Assembly (NCBI GenBank): GCA_013816725.1
Contig: JACDEA010000001.1
Coordinates: forward strand, 1-54,920
Direction: 5' to 3'
DNA: 54,920 nucleotides
DNA from: Actinomycetota bacterium
GTDB lineage: Bacteria; Actinomycetota; Acidimicrobiia; Acidimicrobiales; JACDEA01
In this document: one piece after another, positions 52,819-54,920 of the stretch
How positions within the stretch are numbered: the stretch's first letter is position 1
How the letters are laid out: each line of letters begins with the position of its first letter
Notes under the pieces: model-generated
The model's input: the letters and a program-made list of their open reading frames with translations, nothing else
Databases searched by the model: none
Told to the model about the DNA's origin: nothing
Position numbers and translations under genes: made by a program

Positions 52819-54026
52819 AGGTCGTCGAGCCGCGGCGCCTGTCGGATCGACGGGCTGACCGTTCCCCACACCGCCAGCGCCAGGCTGGCGACGGTGAAGA
52901 CCGCGATGGTGGAGCGGGGCGACACCGCGCCGAGGAGGACACCGGCGGTCAGGGGTCCGAGGGGCGCGATGAGAAGCGAGATCATGGTGCGGGCCGACTC
53001 GGCCCGACCGATAAGGCGGTCCGGCGTCATCGCTATGCGGTAGCCGTGGACGACGGAGTCCGTTGAGGGGATGGCGACGGCGGCGGGGAGGATACCGGCG
53101 GTCAACACGTAGACGCTGGGCCGGACGAGAAACGCGGCCGAGCCGACCGACACCCACAGCTCGAGCAGCAGGATGGCGCGCGGGCTCAGTGCGCGGCGAA
53201 CCAGCGGCGAGATCAACGCGCCCACCAACAGGCATGCGCCGAAGGCGGCCAACAGCAGCCCCACCTCGGCGCCCGAGAGACCCTGACGCTTGCCGATCAC
53301 CACGACGGCCAGGAGCACACCGGGACCGATGAAGTTGCCGACTCCGAACAGCAGCGCGCACGTCCGCAGGAAAGGGTGACTCCACAGGAATCGGAAGCCT
53401 TCGACCAACCGCGCACCGACGGGCCCGACGTCGGGCTCGCGTTCCTCCTCGAAGGGCGTCCGCATCGCGGCCAGCGAAAGGGTCGAGAACGCGTACGACG
53501 CCGCGTCGACCACGAACGGGAGGACGCGGGCCACGCCGAACAGCACGCCGCCCAAGGGCGGGCCGGCCAGCCCCACGACGGCTTGGCGGCCCGACTGCGC
53601 GCCGACCACGGCCGGCAGTTGTGGCCCGGGAACGACGGCGCGCAGCGCGCCGGCCTGCGCGGCTGAGAACAGCGCGGCGCCGGCGCCCTCGACGAAGGCG
53701 ACGAGGGGGATCTCCCAGTAGGCCAGGTGATGCGTCGCCACCGCCAGCGCCAGGCTCCCGATCGCGAGTACGCGCACGCCGTCGGCGAGAATCATCAGTC
53801 GCTTGCGCCCGAAACGGTCCGCAGCCAGTCCTGCCGGCAACGCGAGGAGCGCAAGGGGGACCATGCGGGCGAACGACACGACCCCGGCCCGGGCCGGTGA
53901 GTGGGTGACCGCCAGGACGAGCAGCGGATAAGCGATCGCCGTCGACTGCGTGCCCGCACTCGACAGCAGCTGTCCGCTCTGCAGGAGGACGAAGTCGCGG
54001 TTGCGCCGGAGGGGGACGGCGGTCAC
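52815..54026 (-). CDS. MFS transporter (EntS-like)
   Basis: From GTG 54026: 'RRNRDFVLLQSGQLLSSAGTQ', 'LPAGLAADRFGRKRLMIL', about 12 TM segments. The 614-aa track ORF's N-terminal 210 aa are Arg/Pro-rich non-coding-looking. Confidence 0.8.
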   Translation of the reverse strand: MTAVPLRRNRDFVLLQSGQLLSSAGTQSTAIAYPLLVLAVTHSPARAGVVSFARMVPLALLALPAGLAADRFGRKRLMILADGVRVLAIGSLALAVATHHLAYWEIPLVAFVEGAGAALFSAAQAGALRAVVPGPQLPAVVGAQSGRQAVVGLAGPPLGGVLFGVARVLPFVVDAASYAFSTLSLAAMRTPFEEEREPDVGPVGARLVEGFRFLWSHPFLRTCALLFGVGNFIGPGVLLAVVVIGKRQGLSGAEVGLLLAAFGACLLVGALISPLVRRALSPRAILLLELWVSVGSAAFLVRPSVYVLTAGILPAAVAIPSTDSVVHGYRIAMTPDRLIGRAESARTMISLLIAPLGPLTAGVLLGAVSPRSTIAVFTVASLALAVWGTVSPSIRQAPRLDDL

Positions 54027-54073
54027 TCCGTTGACGGTACCTACCGCCCGCCCGATACCGCCCGCTGAATCGC

Positions 54074-54920
54074 TCAGGCGGCGGCGTCGCGGCGCTCGAC
54101 CCGGCCGCCCCGGGTGACGTCGTCGGAGGGTTGGATGCCACGCCCGGCCGGCACTTCGATCGTGGCCTGGACCGTGCCGGCACGGCGCTCCCAACGGACG
54201 ACGTTGACCACAGCCGAGTACAACACCAGACGCGAGAACAGCAGCAGCCAGGCCAGCACCGCGAACACCACGCCGATCGATCCGTAGAGCGCCGAGGAGT
54301 TGGCCGCCGCGCGCGGTACGTAGATCCCGCCGACGACCTTGAGGACCTCCATGCCGACGGCGCCGAGAATCGCTCCGGGGACGACGGCCCGCCAGGGCAG
54401 GTGGCGGTTGGGAAGGACCTTGAACGTCCACGCCCAGAGCGCGAAGTTCACCACCAGCCCGACCGCCAATCCCACGGGGGCCACGAAGCCCGGCAGCCAG
54501 TTGATGATCGTCGTGACCGCCGACGCGCCGATGAAGAGCACGGCGGCGCCGATGAGCCACAACAGGCCCACGGCCTTGTCCTTGATGCCGCGCTCTTCGA
54601 CCTGCCACACCTGGTTCAGCGCGAACTGCAACGCATTGACAAGGCCGAGACCCGACCACAGCAGGCCGGCCAGGCCGATGGGAGCCGCGGCCTTGCGGCT
54701 CTCGGACGCGTTCTGCACCGCGTTGTGCACGACCCTCGCGCCCTCGCCGCTGAGGCCGAGGTTGGCGACGATCTTGCCGGCCACGTCGACGTTGCTCGAC
54801 GCGATGAACCCGATCACGGCGACGATCACCAGCAGCAGCGGGAACAGCGACAGGAAGCTGAAGTAGGTCACCGCGGCCGCGAGCGAGTTGCCGGCGTCGG
54901 CTTGAAAGCGACTCCCGGCA
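54074..54920 (-). CDS. YihY/BrkB family membrane protein (5' end beyond the right edge)
   Basis: 'AAAVTYFSFLSLFPLLLVIVAVIGFI' continues in frame upstream of the track's Met to the window edge. Multi-TM. Confidence 0.75.
   Translation of the reverse strand, partial: AGSRFQADAGNSLAAAVTYFSFLSLFPLLLVIVAVIGFIASSNVDVAGKIVANLGLSGEGARVVHNAVQNASESRKAAAPIGLAGLLWSGLGLVNALQFALNQVWQVEERGIKDKAVGLLWLIGAAVLFIGASAVTTIINWLPGFVAPVGLAVGLVVNFALWAWTFKVLPNRHLPWRAVVPGAILGAVGMEVLKVVGGIYVPRAAANSSALYGSIGVVFAVLAWLLLFSRLVLYSAVVNVVRWERRAGTVQATIEVPAGRGIQPSDDVTRGGRVERRDAAA

Noticed and set aside
51979-54183. 734-aa minus-strand ORF, the longest unassigned ORF in the right part of the window
   Set aside because: It is extremely Arg/Pro/Gly-rich with no motifs. 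It lies antisense or out of frame to the well-supported MOSC (51952..52818) and MFS (52815..54026) genes. This is a typical high-GC shadow ORF.
1-54920. CRISPR arrays or rRNA genes
   Set aside because: No regularly spaced 25-40 nt direct repeats and no rRNA-like conserved stretches were seen. The only short tandem repeat is the 3 x 11 nt at 9080-9112.

Overview
High-GC (Actinomycetota-like) chromosomal window, called by eye from the ORF track and raw sequence; no database or HMM search was run. 1-6.2 kb looks core: a YVTN beta-propeller lipoprotein, a polysaccharide deacetylase, and a receiver / receiver-cyclase / internally duplicated histidine kinase operon. 6.2-9.1 kb is a decayed accessory patch: a frameshifted EVE + PD-(D/E)XK nuclease-like gene, an IS256-family transposase stub, and a tRNA-Arg 5' half remnant. 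9.1-16.9 kb carries two Fic paralogues, a DinB-like protein, an HPII catalase and a 173-aa transposase-like protein. An intact tRNA-Arg(CCT) lies at 17076-17147. Three more copies of its 3' half (35948, 44179, 47776) split 17.1-47.8 kb into three stacked islands. Island A holds a tyrosine integrase, an RT + HEPN gene pair, a type I R-M hsdM-hsdS-hsdR operon, a MobF relaxase with an excisionase, and a 7-gene ubiquitin-like conjugation operon. That operon encodes Ubl, E2 and a JAB-E1 fusion, plus a small Gly-terminal protein, a papain-like peptidase, an ECF sigma and an XRE HTH. Island B is a redox/metal island (CcdA, ResA-like, BNR propeller, ArsR, two CDF proteins). Island C holds an FAD monooxygenase, an integrase stub, an APH-like kinase and a LuxR HTH. 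47.8-54.9 kb returns to housekeeping-like genes. The best candidates for a new system are the extended Ubl operon (30848-35735) and the RT/HEPN pair (18484-20618). Three genes carry apparent 1-nt frameshifts, so either gene decay or indel sequencing error must be considered. No rRNA genes or CRISPR arrays were seen.
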